Part shown: positions 26,569 to 39,195 of the stretch, piece after piece
Layout: every line of letters begins with the position of its first letter
Position numbering within the stretch: position 1 is the stretch's first letter
Origin: Eledone cirrhosa
Lineage: Eukaryota
DNA: 64,000 bases
Assembly (NCBI GenBank): GCA_964016885.1
Contig: OZ024740.1
Location: 115,568,001-115,632,000, forward strand
Direction of reading: 5' to 3'
The notes under the pieces: generated by a model
What the model saw: only the letters and a program-made list of their open reading frames with translations
Told to the model about the DNA's origin: nothing
Databases searched by the model: none
Position numbers and translations under genes: made by a program

Positions 26569-26934
26569 ATACACGCATACAAATACACAAACACACACAT
26601 ACACCCCTAAGCACACAAACACAAACACATACACCTTCACACACACATACACACACCCATAAACACTAACACACACACATAGATACACCCGTAAACACAC
26701 ACACACATACAAACACACACATACATACACCTGTAAACCTACACATACACACACACACACATACACCCGTAACCCCCCCCCCCACACACACACACATACA
26801 CACCCGTAAACACACACATACATGCTCTCGCCAAAAAGACAGACATATATATGAGTGTGTGTATGTGTGCGTGTGGGTGTATGTGTATGTGTTTGTGCCT
26901 GTGTCTACGTATGCTAACTTTTGACGACAACAAT

Positions 26935-27123
26935 AATTATTTCTACTTTTGGCACAAGGCCAGCAATTATTTCAGTACATTACTGGTACTTTATTGTATC
27001 GACCCCGTAAGGATGAAAGGCAAAGTTAACCACGGCGGGATTTGAATTCAGTCCGTAAAGGGACGTAACTCTATGCTAGAAAGCATGGCGTCCGACTCTC
27101 TACCAATACTGCCAATCCACCGC
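26935..27123 (-). mobile_element. tRNA-SINE (short subfamily)
   Basis: Matches 5520-5706. Confidence 0.88.
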
Positions 27124-27279
27124 TTTGACAACAACAATAATGACGATAACACCAACTACAACAAAATAGTATCATCTTGATGTTTTAATAAAAATGGAAT
27201 TGTTAATTTCAATTACTTCATTTAAATTAATCTGACTATCAGCAGTAGCTTGGTATTACGCTTTCACTCTTCCACAATA

Positions 27280-27384
27280 AGTACACACACACACACACTC
27301 ACACACACACAGAACACTTCAGCTTTATATATATACAGATATATATTCATACACTCACTTACCCTTTCACTCTTTCACAACAAG

Positions 27385-27453
<69 letters not shown>

Positions 27454-27627
27454 CACTTCAGCTTTATATATATACAGATATATATTCATACACTCACTTT
27501 CTCTTTCACTCTTTCACAACAAGTATACACACACACGCACACACACACAGAACACTTCAGCTTTATATATATACAGATATATATTCATACACTCACTTTC
27601 CCTTTCACTCTTTCACAACAAGTATAC

Positions 27628-27668
<41 letters not shown>

Positions 27669-28305
27669 ACTTCAGCTTTATATATATATTCATACACTCA
27701 CTTTCCCTTTCACTCTTTCACAACAAGTATACACACACACACACACACGGATAGCCACTCTCAAGGATACACACCCACAACGATACATATATATACACAT
27801 ATCAGTACAGAACTAATCCTGCTGTCGGAAGATAGACTCTTAGAAATTCTACAGAATATCTTGTATGTGTCTATATCTTGTATGTATCCTTGTATGTGTA
27901 TATACACTGGTGTGTATGTATCGTTGTGTGAATGTATTTGTATATATGTGTGTGTGTATCCTCGTGTGTGTATGTACTTTTGTGTATGTATCCTTGTGTG
28001 AATGTACTTGTATATGTGTATTTGTATATATATGTGTGTATCCTCTTGTGTGTAAATACTTGTGTGTGTGTATCTTTGTGTGAATGTATATGTGTATTTG
28101 TATATGTGTGTGTGCATCCTTGTATGTGCATATATATATGTGTATATATGTATCGTTGTGTGTGTGTGTCCTTGAGAGTGGCTATTCGTGTGTGTGTGTA
28201 TACTTGTTGTGAAAGAGTGAAAGAGAAAGTGGGTGTATGAATATATATGTGTATATATATAAAGCTGAAGTTTTCTGTGTGTGCATGTGTCTGTGTGTGT
28301 GTGGA
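27280..28305. repeat. Four tandem ~100-140-bp (CA)n-punctuated units plus an inverted copy at 28130-28305
   Basis: Unit GAACACTTCAGCTTTATA..CTTTCACTCTTTCACAACAAGTATAC; reverse complement at 28198-28280. Confidence 0.85.
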
Positions 28306-28847
28306 CAATTTTTAATGAGGGCTCATATATTCTAAACCATTCATGCGATTACTTTGACATTTGTTACAGAGCTTCTCCTTCCACAAAACCTGTATATGAT
28401 CTACAAAGGCTTTCAAAATTCGATATTGGGGGCCTTTGAAGACATTAAAAATGTTTCGGTTATTTGTGTTAATTTTCGTGATTAAGTAAGAGTTATCTTT
28501 CGTCAATACAATAGGAACTCATTTTTTTATGTCAAAAATTTTGTTTGGGGATTTTGATTATTACAATTCGGCTCATTCGGATTTTACTTTGCTCTTTGTA
28601 CTTGAAACAAAAGGTTTTACTGTTGTCAAAAGTTGAAAAAGTGTATACCTAGACTGGATTTTTGTTGTTACATGGGATAACGGATGACACCGAGCTCACA
28701 TATTAATTATTTCGCTGGAATAGTGCCTAAGGTTTTCATGTTTACCTAAAGTACATTTTTCTTCTACGTATTCAAATTTACTTTGTTTAGTTTAATGAGA
28801 TACATCAAAAGCTATTTGAACCGTTCAAAGGACGGGTACTTTAGCTA

Positions 28848-29044
<197 letters not shown>

Positions 29045-29346
29045 TGTGTGTGTGTGTGTGTGTGTGTGTCTGTATGTTCTTGTATATAAGCAAGTACGAG
29101 TTTTTATGTGAATGTATGTATGTATATATGTATGTATGTATGAATGAATGTGTATGTATGATTATGTATGTGTGTGTGTGCGTGTGTGTGGGGGGTATAA
29201 ATGGGGATGATTGTTTTTTACTTAAATATTCAAAACATTATTCAAGAGAAACGTCCGAGGGCAACTACTTCTGATTGTTCGTCTTGTATTAATTGCAAAC
29301 GTTGATTGCATTTCTGCAAATTAAACACCACTGAAACACTCACTCA

Positions 29347-29399
<53 letters not shown>

Positions 29400-29520
29400 A
29401 CATATGTGCATACATACATATATATACATACGTACATATGTGTATATATATATATACACACACACATACATATATATACACACACACACACATACACATA
29501 CACGCACACACACACACACA

Positions 29521-29942
29521 GAGGGTTCTATTAGTCCTGTGTTTAGGTTGAGCGATACATCTAAGAAGTTAGCTTTTTTAGAATTGAGTTCAAAAGTGAT
29601 GTTAAGGCCTAATTTATTATAGAATTTTCTAATCTTTTTCCATAATCTTTCTAAGTTTTGATTATTTAGGTTTTTAATTAAAAGCAATGTATCGTCTCTA
29701 TAAATTCCTCCTTGTAGGTTATCAAATTCCTTATGTAAGATATGTGCTATATAAATTCCGACAATGTCCATAACTTGGGCTGAATCATTTGATCCCATAC
29801 TTATATCAAAGTTATTCTGTCTATTTTTTTCTTTCCCAGTAACTATTGTCGAATTTAATTATTGTTCTTCTAGCAGCTAGTATTATTTTAATTTCCTTTG
29901 GTGATAGGTCAGAGTTTTTTGTGCAAAGGATAGTGCCTTTAG
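29521..29942 (-). pseudogene. Penelope-like reverse transcriptase fragment (5'-inverted part of the element)
   Basis: MGSNDSAQVMDIVG..GGIYRDDTLL..FLDVSLNLNTGLIEP: PLE RT motifs 4-7. Confidence 0.88.
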
Positions 29943-31146
29943 ATAGAACCCTTCCATAAAAATAATGAAAATTTAGCTTACATTCATTATAACTCTAATC
30001 ACCCTCGATCCATAATTAATTCCATAGCACATGGTATATCCCTTAGAATCTCACGCCTATCTTCTAATCTAGAGATTTTTAACGAACATGCTAACTACTA
30101 CAACATAGCTTTACTTAAGGCAGGCCATAAAGAGAGACTCAAATACATACCAAATACAAAAAATAACAACACACTTAATAGAAATAACAGTATCCACACT
30201 TATAGAAGCAACAAATCTAGGACTAAACATAGAAATTGGCAACAAGCACGTGAATTAATTGAACAGAATACTAATAGAAAGACCACTAATAACTATAGAA
30301 GATGCAGAGATAGAAAGTACTTATGGTTCAGTGCTTATGGAAAGTACTTATGGTCCAGTGTTTAACTCCTCTATAAAAACAAAACTACCTTATACTTTCT
30401 TCAAATTAGTTGACACACACTTCCCTAAAATTCATAAATATCATAAAATCTTTAATAGAAAAACTATCAAACTATCATACTCCACTGCCAACAACATAGA
30501 ATCGCACATACATAAAATTAACTATAAAAGAATTTATAATACAAGTAGCCCGCAAATAAGTACCATAACACCAAATACAAAACATAAACATATAACATCA
30601 TCACAACCAAACACACGTCAGAACACATCACCACAATACATCAACAAACCTAATTCTCAGCCCATACATAACAGTTTACAAAACCATATAAAAGAATCGG
30701 CACATAGAAAGGCATCTAAATGTAATTGTCATCTACCTGACAAATGCCTATTACAAAATAGATGCCTAGAGTCTAATATAGTATACCTATGTACCATAAA
30801 TTCAGGCAGCTTAGCATGGCACTACATAGGGTCTACAGCTGGAGAATTTAAGAAAAGGTGGTATGTCCACAGACACACTATGAATAACAGGAAGCTCATA
30901 AATACAACAACTCTCGCCAATAAAATTTGGCAACTCAGAGATGCAAACATGGAATATAAAATCAGCTGGACGAAGCTATCAACAGCAACGGCCTATTGAC
31001 TTGGCATGTCCCACAGTGGTCTTTGTAATATGGAACTTTTCCAAATTTTAAATTACAACAAAATGCTGCTTAACAGTAAAATTGAAAGAACTATTTACTG
31101 TAGGCATAAAACGGCGACCAAATTTGAGAACTTTAGACCAGCTTAA
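29943..31146 (+). pseudogene. Penelope-like (Naiad-type) RT thumb, linker and GIY-YIG endonuclease, disrupted
   Basis: YIHYNSNHP..RISRLSS; HFPK.HKYHKIFNR.TIKLSYS; CNCx5Cx5C; IVY..YIGST..FKKRW..H; continues past an in-frame TGA to LC..E..LLN..CRH. Confidence 0.9.
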
Positions 31147-31484
31147 TTTATCTTATCTATTCCATAACCCAAATTGTACCACTTAGATCTATTATAATAT
31201 CACATCATCATCATTATTGTTATAATTGTCATCATCTATCAATGGACCAACATCAAAACCTCTTATATTTACATTCATATTTTATGTATCTCTATCTTTC
31301 TATCTCTATTTCTCTCCCTAAATTTATTTCATCCCTACTATTTTATCTTATCATATCATTTTCGCTTCTAATATAACATACAACTAATTAATCAAATAAT
31401 TATGTATTAACATTTATTAGTGTATTAACATTTATTCATGTATTAACATCTATTTATTTATTGTTGATATCATTATTTTCCCTC

Positions 31485-31661
31485 TATTTTTCTTTTTTTC
31501 TTTTTTTCTTTTTTTCTTTTTTTCTTTTTTTCTTTTTTTCTTTTTTTCTTTTTTTCTTTTTTTCTTTTTTTCTTTTTTTCTTTTTTTCTTTTTTTCTTTT
31601 TTTCTTTTTTTCTTTTCTTTTATTTCTTTTTCTCTTTTTTTCTTTTTTTCTTTTTTTCTTT

Positions 31662-31692
<31 letters not shown>

Positions 31693-32460
31693 CTTTTTTT
31701 TCTTTTTTCTTTTTTTCTTTTTTTTTTTTTTTTCTTTTTTCTTTTTTTCTTTTTTTTCTTTTTTTCTTATTTTCTTTTTTTCTTTTTTTCTTTTTTTTCT
31801 TTTTTTCTTTTTTTCTTTTTTTCTTTTTTTCTTTTTTTCTTTTTTTCTGTTACGTCATTTCTCCTCTATCCTTTTCTCTCCTCTTTCTATCCTCCTTTCT
31901 CTACATCTTTTTTTCTCTCTATATCTTTCTGTTTTCATTTCTCCTTTTTCTTTTTCTTTTTATTTTTCATTTTCCTTTTCTTTTTCATTTTATTTTTATT
32001 TTTATTTTTATTTTTATTTTTATTTTTATTTTTATTTTTATTTTTATTTTTATTTTTATTTTTATTTTTATTTTTATTTTTATTTTTATTTTTATTTTTA
32101 TTTTTATTTTTATTTTTATTTTTATTTTTATTTTTATTTTTATTTTTATTTTTATTTTTATTTTCATTTTCATTTTTATTTTTATTTTTATTTTTATTTT
32201 TATTTTTATTTTTATTTTTATTTTTATTTTTATTTTTATTTTTATTTTTATTTTTATTTTTATTTTTATTTTTATTTTTAATTTTATTTTTAATTTTATT
32301 TTTATTTTTATTTTTATTTTTATTTTTATTTTTATTTTTATTTTTATTTTTATTTTTATTTTTATTTTTATTTTTATTTTTATTTTTATTTTTATTTTTA
32401 TTTTTATTTTTGTTTTTATTTTTTTTTTTATTTTTTTTTTTTTTCCTTTTTCCTTTTTCT
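31485..32460. repeat. T-rich microsatellites (TnC)n and (TTTTTA)n inside the Penelope 3' region
   Basis: Direct reading. Confidence 0.9.
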
Positions 32461-32580
32461 TTCTTTCTTTCCTTTATCTATCTCTCTTTCTTTCTTTTTT
32501 CTCTCTATATTTATTACTAATATTATTATTGATGCTGTAATTAAATTTGTAGATTTGCCGGTTATATATATTTTGTTATA

Positions 32581-32692
32581 ACAGTTTCTGATGACATGAT
32601 TGAGCTAGCATCGTATTTAAAATTGAGTGGCACTGCTTCTAGTGTTCAGCAATTTTTAGACAACTCAATCAGAGAAACAATTGTTAGACTGT
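32581..32692 (+). ncRNA. Type I hammerhead ribozyme in the Penelope 3' pLTR
   Basis: ACAGTTT-CTGATGA-..GATTGAG..CTCAATC..-GAAA-CAATTG-TT-AGACTGT, then AAATAAA; same strand as the endonuclease ORF. Confidence 0.78.
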
Positions 32693-32914
32693 AAATAAAT
32701 TCCCCTTTTTTTGTACTGTTGACCATGTTATTCTTCACTTTTTCAATTTTATTACTCCAAGATAAACTTACATAGGAATACAAGTTAAATCATAAACTCG
32801 CCATCTACGTAAACCTCTTGTTGAGTCAAACAAAGCCGTACGCTAAAACTATCCAGAATAAGAAGTATTCACAACCTCTAACTGGATTACCTATAACGAT
32901 ATTTTGTTATCCCT

Positions 32915-33098
<184 letters not shown>

Positions 33099-33349
33099 AG
33101 GTCGCTCTCGAGTGCTACTGGTAACACGTAACCCAGTACAACCTGTCTCGTGGTCGGGTCGTCGGCGACTAAACTGGAAACCCCACCAAGCTTGCTTTGT
33201 GAGGAGGGGGATATTTGGACACCCTACGGGATGAAATACACCCGGAAAAGAGTGGAGAAACTCAGCAGAGTCAACGGCCATCCAATTAGTTTGTTTTTTT
33301 TATATGGAGAGGTTAAACTCCGAGGCATAAAAAGCTGAGGGCTGTCGTA

Positions 33350-33650
33350 TTTTCCGTGGCAAACATTTGCACTGAAGATATGTGTCGTCAGTTCCAAAAC
33401 GAGTGGTTGGCCTACACAAGCCTTCACCATTTAAAACAAAACTTTGTGTGGGTAGTTCAACATCAGTTCACTTTCTCACATCAACGTTTGCTGGACACTC
33501 ATTACGCCGGATATCGACGGGAGAGTCCCTTCGGTTGCAACGTTTTTCGAAATATTTACTTCTGCGTTCACAAATTGATTTTTTTAGTTTCAGAAGATCC
33601 CGTAAGGGTGAAAGCAGCGATTCTTTGCTTAAACTTTAATCTATTATTTT
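33350..33650 (+). pseudogene. Possible degenerate hAT (SPIN/Buster, GTF2IRD2-like) transposase N-terminal fragment
   Basis: RQFQNEW followed in another frame by KLCV..GESLR..LRSQ..F; weak by-eye resemblance only. Confidence 0.3.
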
Positions 33651-33671
33651 AATAAATATATATATATATAT

Positions 33672-33765
<94 letters not shown>

Positions 33766-34164
33766 GACTTTCGTCATTAGTACTAATGATGCAAGTCGTA
33801 GGATCATTATTCCTGTCTAAGGTAAAATTGATATTACACTCACTCATTTCGAAAGGTTTATTGCTCCTCCGAAGAGAAGGAACGTACAAGTATTGCTATA
33901 TATCTACGCCTATTTATAGACACAGATTATACGTTTGATGTACAACTACTTTGTAACATGTGTAAGGGAATAAATAAGTTTTCTTAAATGATAGAAGTTG
34001 ATTCTTCTATCGATATACTTTACATTTATGCCTGCACCTCCAAATCTTTCTCACTAATAACTTTTCTCACTAATAACATTTTCCTTCGAGCATTGTTTGT
34101 GTAGTTCTACCTTTGCTATATATATGTGTGTATGTGTGTGTGTGTATCTATGTATGTACCTATG

Positions 34165-34229
<65 letters not shown>

Positions 34230-34231
<2 letters not shown>

Positions 34232-37200
34232 AGCTGCATATATCTTGCTTTATGTTCATACGAGTTATCACCAAGTCACAACCAGTGACCTCAAGAGACA
34301 ACAAAGTCCGCCATGTTCAAGAAAGAACATACATACTCACACATGCATCTTTAGTGTTTAGACTTGTGATGTACTTATATTGACAGAATCTTCCTTAGTA
34401 TATGGGCAGTTCCCATTAGTACTATCTTTTGTATTTCTCCTAGACGCGGGTTTCCTGGGATTTGCGATAAGTAATCATTAGACCCCTTAGGTATCATTCC
34501 TAGAGCGCTTACAACCACTGGTATTGTTTTAGTTCTCAATTTCCACATTTTTCCAATTTCTATCTCCAGGTCCTTATACTTGCTCAATTTTTCAAATGTT
34601 TTTATAGATACATTCTTGTCTATTGGAACGGACATATCAATTAGCAGGCATACCCTCTTTTTAGGTCTGTTTGGATGCTAAAGTTCCACAAGATTGAGAT
34701 GTGATCTTTTTCAAATATGGGAGGTGGTTGATGCTCCCACCAATTCTTTTGATGGGGCAGGTCAAAATGCTTACACATTATCCAATGTATGTATTGTGCA
34801 GCTCTGTCATGCCTGTTTAGGTATTCGGTTGGAGCTATAGGACTGCACATTGAAATTATATGGTCAATGGTCTCTGGTTGTTTTTTGCATACACGGCATA
34901 ATGGGCTGCATCCATTTTTTATTATGTTGGCTTGGTAATTTTTTGTTGGCAGACACTGATCTTGTGCTGATATAATCAGTCCTTCAGTCTCCGATTTCAG
35001 TCCAGAGGATGCCAACCACTGATGGGTTAAAGTTTTGTCAACATCTGGATTGTTAGCTCGTTCTGGATATTTTCCATACAGAGGCTTTTCTTGCCATTTC
35101 TTAGCCAGTTTCTGTAGCAGTTCTTTCTTTGCAGTTACTTTTACCTGCTTTGCTTTTTCTGTGTTTTCCATTTCAGCAGTAAATGGGACTTCTGAAATGT
35201 GTAGACCATTACTGTATCTTTGTGCATCTTTTGTAATGGAGTATGATCTTTTGATGCTTTCATGTTTCAAAACGAGTTTGATCATCCAATCATGTGATTC
35301 CCTTAGATATGTAGATAATCCAATTGTTGCAGTTTTCAACGCAATGTCTAACTGGATTAACCCACGTCCTCCTTCTTTCCTAGGGAGATATATTCTATCT
35401 GTATCTGCCTTAGGGTGATGCATTCTGTGCATGGTTAAGAATTTTCGAATTTTTGTATCGAGCCTACGGATCTCTGTGTTTGACCAGTTGATGCCATTGT
35501 AACTGTAGGTTACTACTGGTATGGCAAGCGTGTTTATGGCATCTATCCTATTCCTTGCATTCAATTCCGTTCTTAAGATTGCTCTTACTCTGCGGTAACT
35601 TTCCTTCCTTATCCTTTCCCTCATTGTCGAGTGCTTGATTCCGTTTCCTTCACAAACACCTAGATATTTGTAATTTTCCTCTTGATCAAGTTCTCTTATC
35701 ACATTCCCTCGATTAAGATTAATGTCTGAATCTTTCAGCAGCTTTCCTCTGGTGAACGTTGCTTTGGCGCATTTATCTAGTCCAAACTCCATTTTAATGT
35801 CATCACTGAACTGCTCCACAGTGGATAATAGCCCTTGCAATTGTTCATCATTGTTTGCAAATAGTTTCAGGTCATCCATGTAGAACAAGTGATTAATGGT
35901 TTTGTCATAGACTTTATATCCATGTTTTGTTTCATTGAGCATTTTACTTAATGGTATAAGTGCGATGCAGAATAAAAGCGATGATAAAGAGTCACCCTGA
36001 AAAATTCCACAATTAATATTAACTTCTCCAGCTTCCAGTGATTTTTTTTCACTATTCAAAAGGAGTGTCATTTTCCTTGTCTTCATACTGAATGACAAAA
36101 ACCTCCTGACAACGGGGGATATTTTGATAATCTTTAAACATTTTTCAATCCAACTGTGTGGCAAACTATCGAATGCTTTTTTATAATCTATCCAAGCAAT
36201 TGATAGATTTTTGTGTCTATTATGACAATCTTCCAGTATCATTTTGTTAACCAAAAGCTGATCCTTACAGCCATATGAGCCTCGTTTTACACCCTTTCTG
36301 CTCAATGGGAAATAGGTCATTTGTTATCAGGTGGTCATATGTATATTCAGTTAGGACTGATGTTAAAATTTTATACATTGTGGTCAAGCAAGTTATCGGT
36401 CTGTAATTTTTGGGATTTTTTGTCTCATCATTCTTCGGAAGCAGGAATGTAATGTCGTTAACTAGCCATGGTGGTATCTTTTCTGGCTCCTTAACTATTT
36501 CATTGTAAAGTTGGGCTAACAGCTCATGAGACTCTGTGAAGGCATTTATCCAAAGATTTTGTATTTTGTCTTTTCCTGGGGATTTCCATTTGCTGGTTTT
36601 TCTTAGAGCCAAACGCAACTGTTCAACTGTTATATTTTCCCATATTTGTTCCTCAAGGTGAGCTGTATCTTTCATTTATCTGTCTATCCATGGGGCATGT
36701 ATATTATGAACTTTTTCTTCGGCCCAGATCTTTTCCCAGAATTCTTGCACTTCCTCCTTGGGTGGTATTGATTTAGCAGTTATTGTTGACTTACCAATTT
36801 TTCTGTAGAAGTTTCTTTGGTTGGTTTTGAACATATTATTGTCCTTATAGAATCTAGATCGTTTTTCAAAGCGCCTTATACGAGCAGCTTTGGCCGACAC
36901 TTTTTGATTGATTATTTCTATCAGCATGCCTATGTCACTTGTTGGTTTTATACTGTACTTTCTTTTCAATTTTCTAAGTTTAGTTTGTTTAACATGTTCA
37001 CCTACTTTATAGTTTTTTTTAATTTCTATGTCAGATTGGAGAAGGTTTATTTGGCGATTGATGTTCTCTTGCCAAGTAGATTTCTTGTGGGAATTCCTTT
37101 GTTTTTTCATCTTCACTCCACATCAGTGAGTGGTGACTTTAGCCGATGCATAATAGAGATGATTTAAATCAGTAATGTTTAGTTTGTTTGTGATGATAAT

Positions 37201-39140
37201 GTTTTTGATAATTATGTTAGTCTTGTATATTATCTTTTGGTTCTGTTTGGAGTTCTGGATCTTAGGGAGGGTGTCTCGTTCCCCCATGTCAGATTCTTTC
37301 ATTTTCATCCATTCGATCATAATTTCATCCTTCAATTTGGCAAGTTCATTCTCATTCATTTCTTTATCATTTACGATCTCATTGTTTTCATTTGGAGTTT
37401 CATTTTGAGCATGCACTCCCTCCACTTTTTCGATCCTTTCTTTAATTTGTTCTGTTGTCAGTGATTCCGCCCCAACCCTGGGATTCGAAGTGTTACAATT
37501 TACCTCGTTTTCACTGACACATGTTTCATTTTCCCTTCGCTGACTTTGTGCTAATAGCTTGATCTGATCAATTTCTATATCAGTTAGTAACTTTTTTTTT
37601 TACAATATTTCTTCGTATATTGGCTAGTTTGTTACTGTCAATATAGCCTCTGTTTTCGGGATGTTTCTTTTTCCAGTTGATATATGTCTGTTCTGTATTC
37701 GATGTATTTGATGGGTAGTACATGGCAGTGTAGAAAGCCTCAAGGACTTCTTTATTATCTTCCCTTGACCATTTTTCTCTCTTTTTCTTTGGATTTCTTG
37801 GTGGTGAGCATGGAGGGCCAACAGTAGGAGTATTCCGGTTATGGGAGGTCTCCAGCTCCGAAGTGATGGGAAGGTTTGAACCATTAGCTGATTTTTCGAC
37901 CCCAGTCTGGTTCCTCTCTGAGGGACACGGCCCTCTTTTACCCGGGTGACGGCCGATCCGGTATGAGATTTTATCATTAGACATTTACTTTATTTTGTCG
38001 CGTTTTATCCTTATCCGCCAAGGGGTAATCATTTCGTGTTACCACTTCTAGAACGAGTGTCAACCAAGACTAGAGGGGTCGTTCTCCCCTAGAGTCACGG
38101 CTATTCCCCGCCGGCCGCCATCCCGGTATTTCTTGGTCACGGGGTTTTCTTTTTTGTTGTTTTTTTAAATTGTTATTATCATGAGTGGTTCCTTAATGTG
38201 AGCATTGCGTGGCTTAAGAATGAAATTATTAATAATTGTCTCCACTCCAGGCACAAGGCCAGCAATTACCCAGTGCATTACAATAATATAATATACTTTT
38301 TGCTGAAGTTGCCTGTTATTGTTGTTGGCTATGTCGGTGGTGGTGCTGGGGCTTTTTATATTGTTGGTGGGGAAGGGGGGAGCCAGCAGTGCCATAGTTG
38401 TTGACGTTTGGCCGGTGGCCGGGTCACTAAGTCAATCTATTTATATCTTTTGCTAGCCTCTCCCTTGTCTAGTGATACCGCCACCTTTCTTAAGTTAACA
38501 GAAGGTAATGGGGAATAGTGGTGGTAGCAATGAAGGAGTGGTGGCGGCGGTGATGGGATAGTGGTAGCAATGATGGATGGAGTGGTGGCGGCGGTGGCGT
38601 TGTCGTTACTGAGCTTTGTTGAATAGACTGTAGTTTTGTTTGATCTGTAGTATCTATGCGTTTGTGTTGCGTATGTTTAATATATGTGTTGACATATTCC
38701 CTTAATATTAAACATTTTGTTAAAACTTGAGACAATAATAATAGTAATTATTATTATGATGCTGGGATTGGTGGTGGTGGTGGTGGTGAATATGCCGTTA
38801 TCTAGCTGTTATATTTAGTGTACACAGCGGGTTGATGGGGTAGGTGGTGTATCTAGTTTCTGGTGTTGCTGTTATTTGGCTGTTCTATATAGTGTAGACA
38901 GAGGGGGGTTTCTTCCATTTATAACCATTTTCTTTTTTTAATATAAAATATATAATACAAAATTGAATATTTGAGCGATATAACAATATATTATGGATCC
39001 GAATTTTTATGAGACTTGATTCGGTGATTTATGCATCATTTGTACTAAGAATTGTTATTTCACAATTGATTTAAATATGTTAAAAATCAAAAACTTACGG
39101 GAGCGATTTCATGACCTTCTACCACCACGTGCGTCTTCCC

Positions 39141-39141
<1 letters not shown>
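34230..39141 (-). mobile_element. R4/Dong-like RLE non-LTR retrotransposon A, near full length
   Basis: Bounded by (TAA)n at both ends; single frameshifted ORF; ~1.1-kb 5' region. Confidence 0.88.
34375..37984 (-). pseudogene. RT + CCHC + restriction-like endonuclease ORF of element A (frameshifted)
   Basis: [67 protein letters not shown]. Confidence 0.92.

Positions 39142-39194
<53 letters not shown>

Positions 39195-39195
<1 letters not shown>

Noticed and set aside
30997-30999. In-frame TGA in the GIY-YIG region as possible selenocysteine (some Naiads encode selenoproteins)
   Set aside because: It falls at a non-cysteine position (Y*LG before the CxLC motif), is explicable as CGA>TGA decay, the copy has other lesions, and I saw no SECIS
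31461-32540. 359-aa F/I-rich ORF
   Set aside because: T-rich microsatellite artefact
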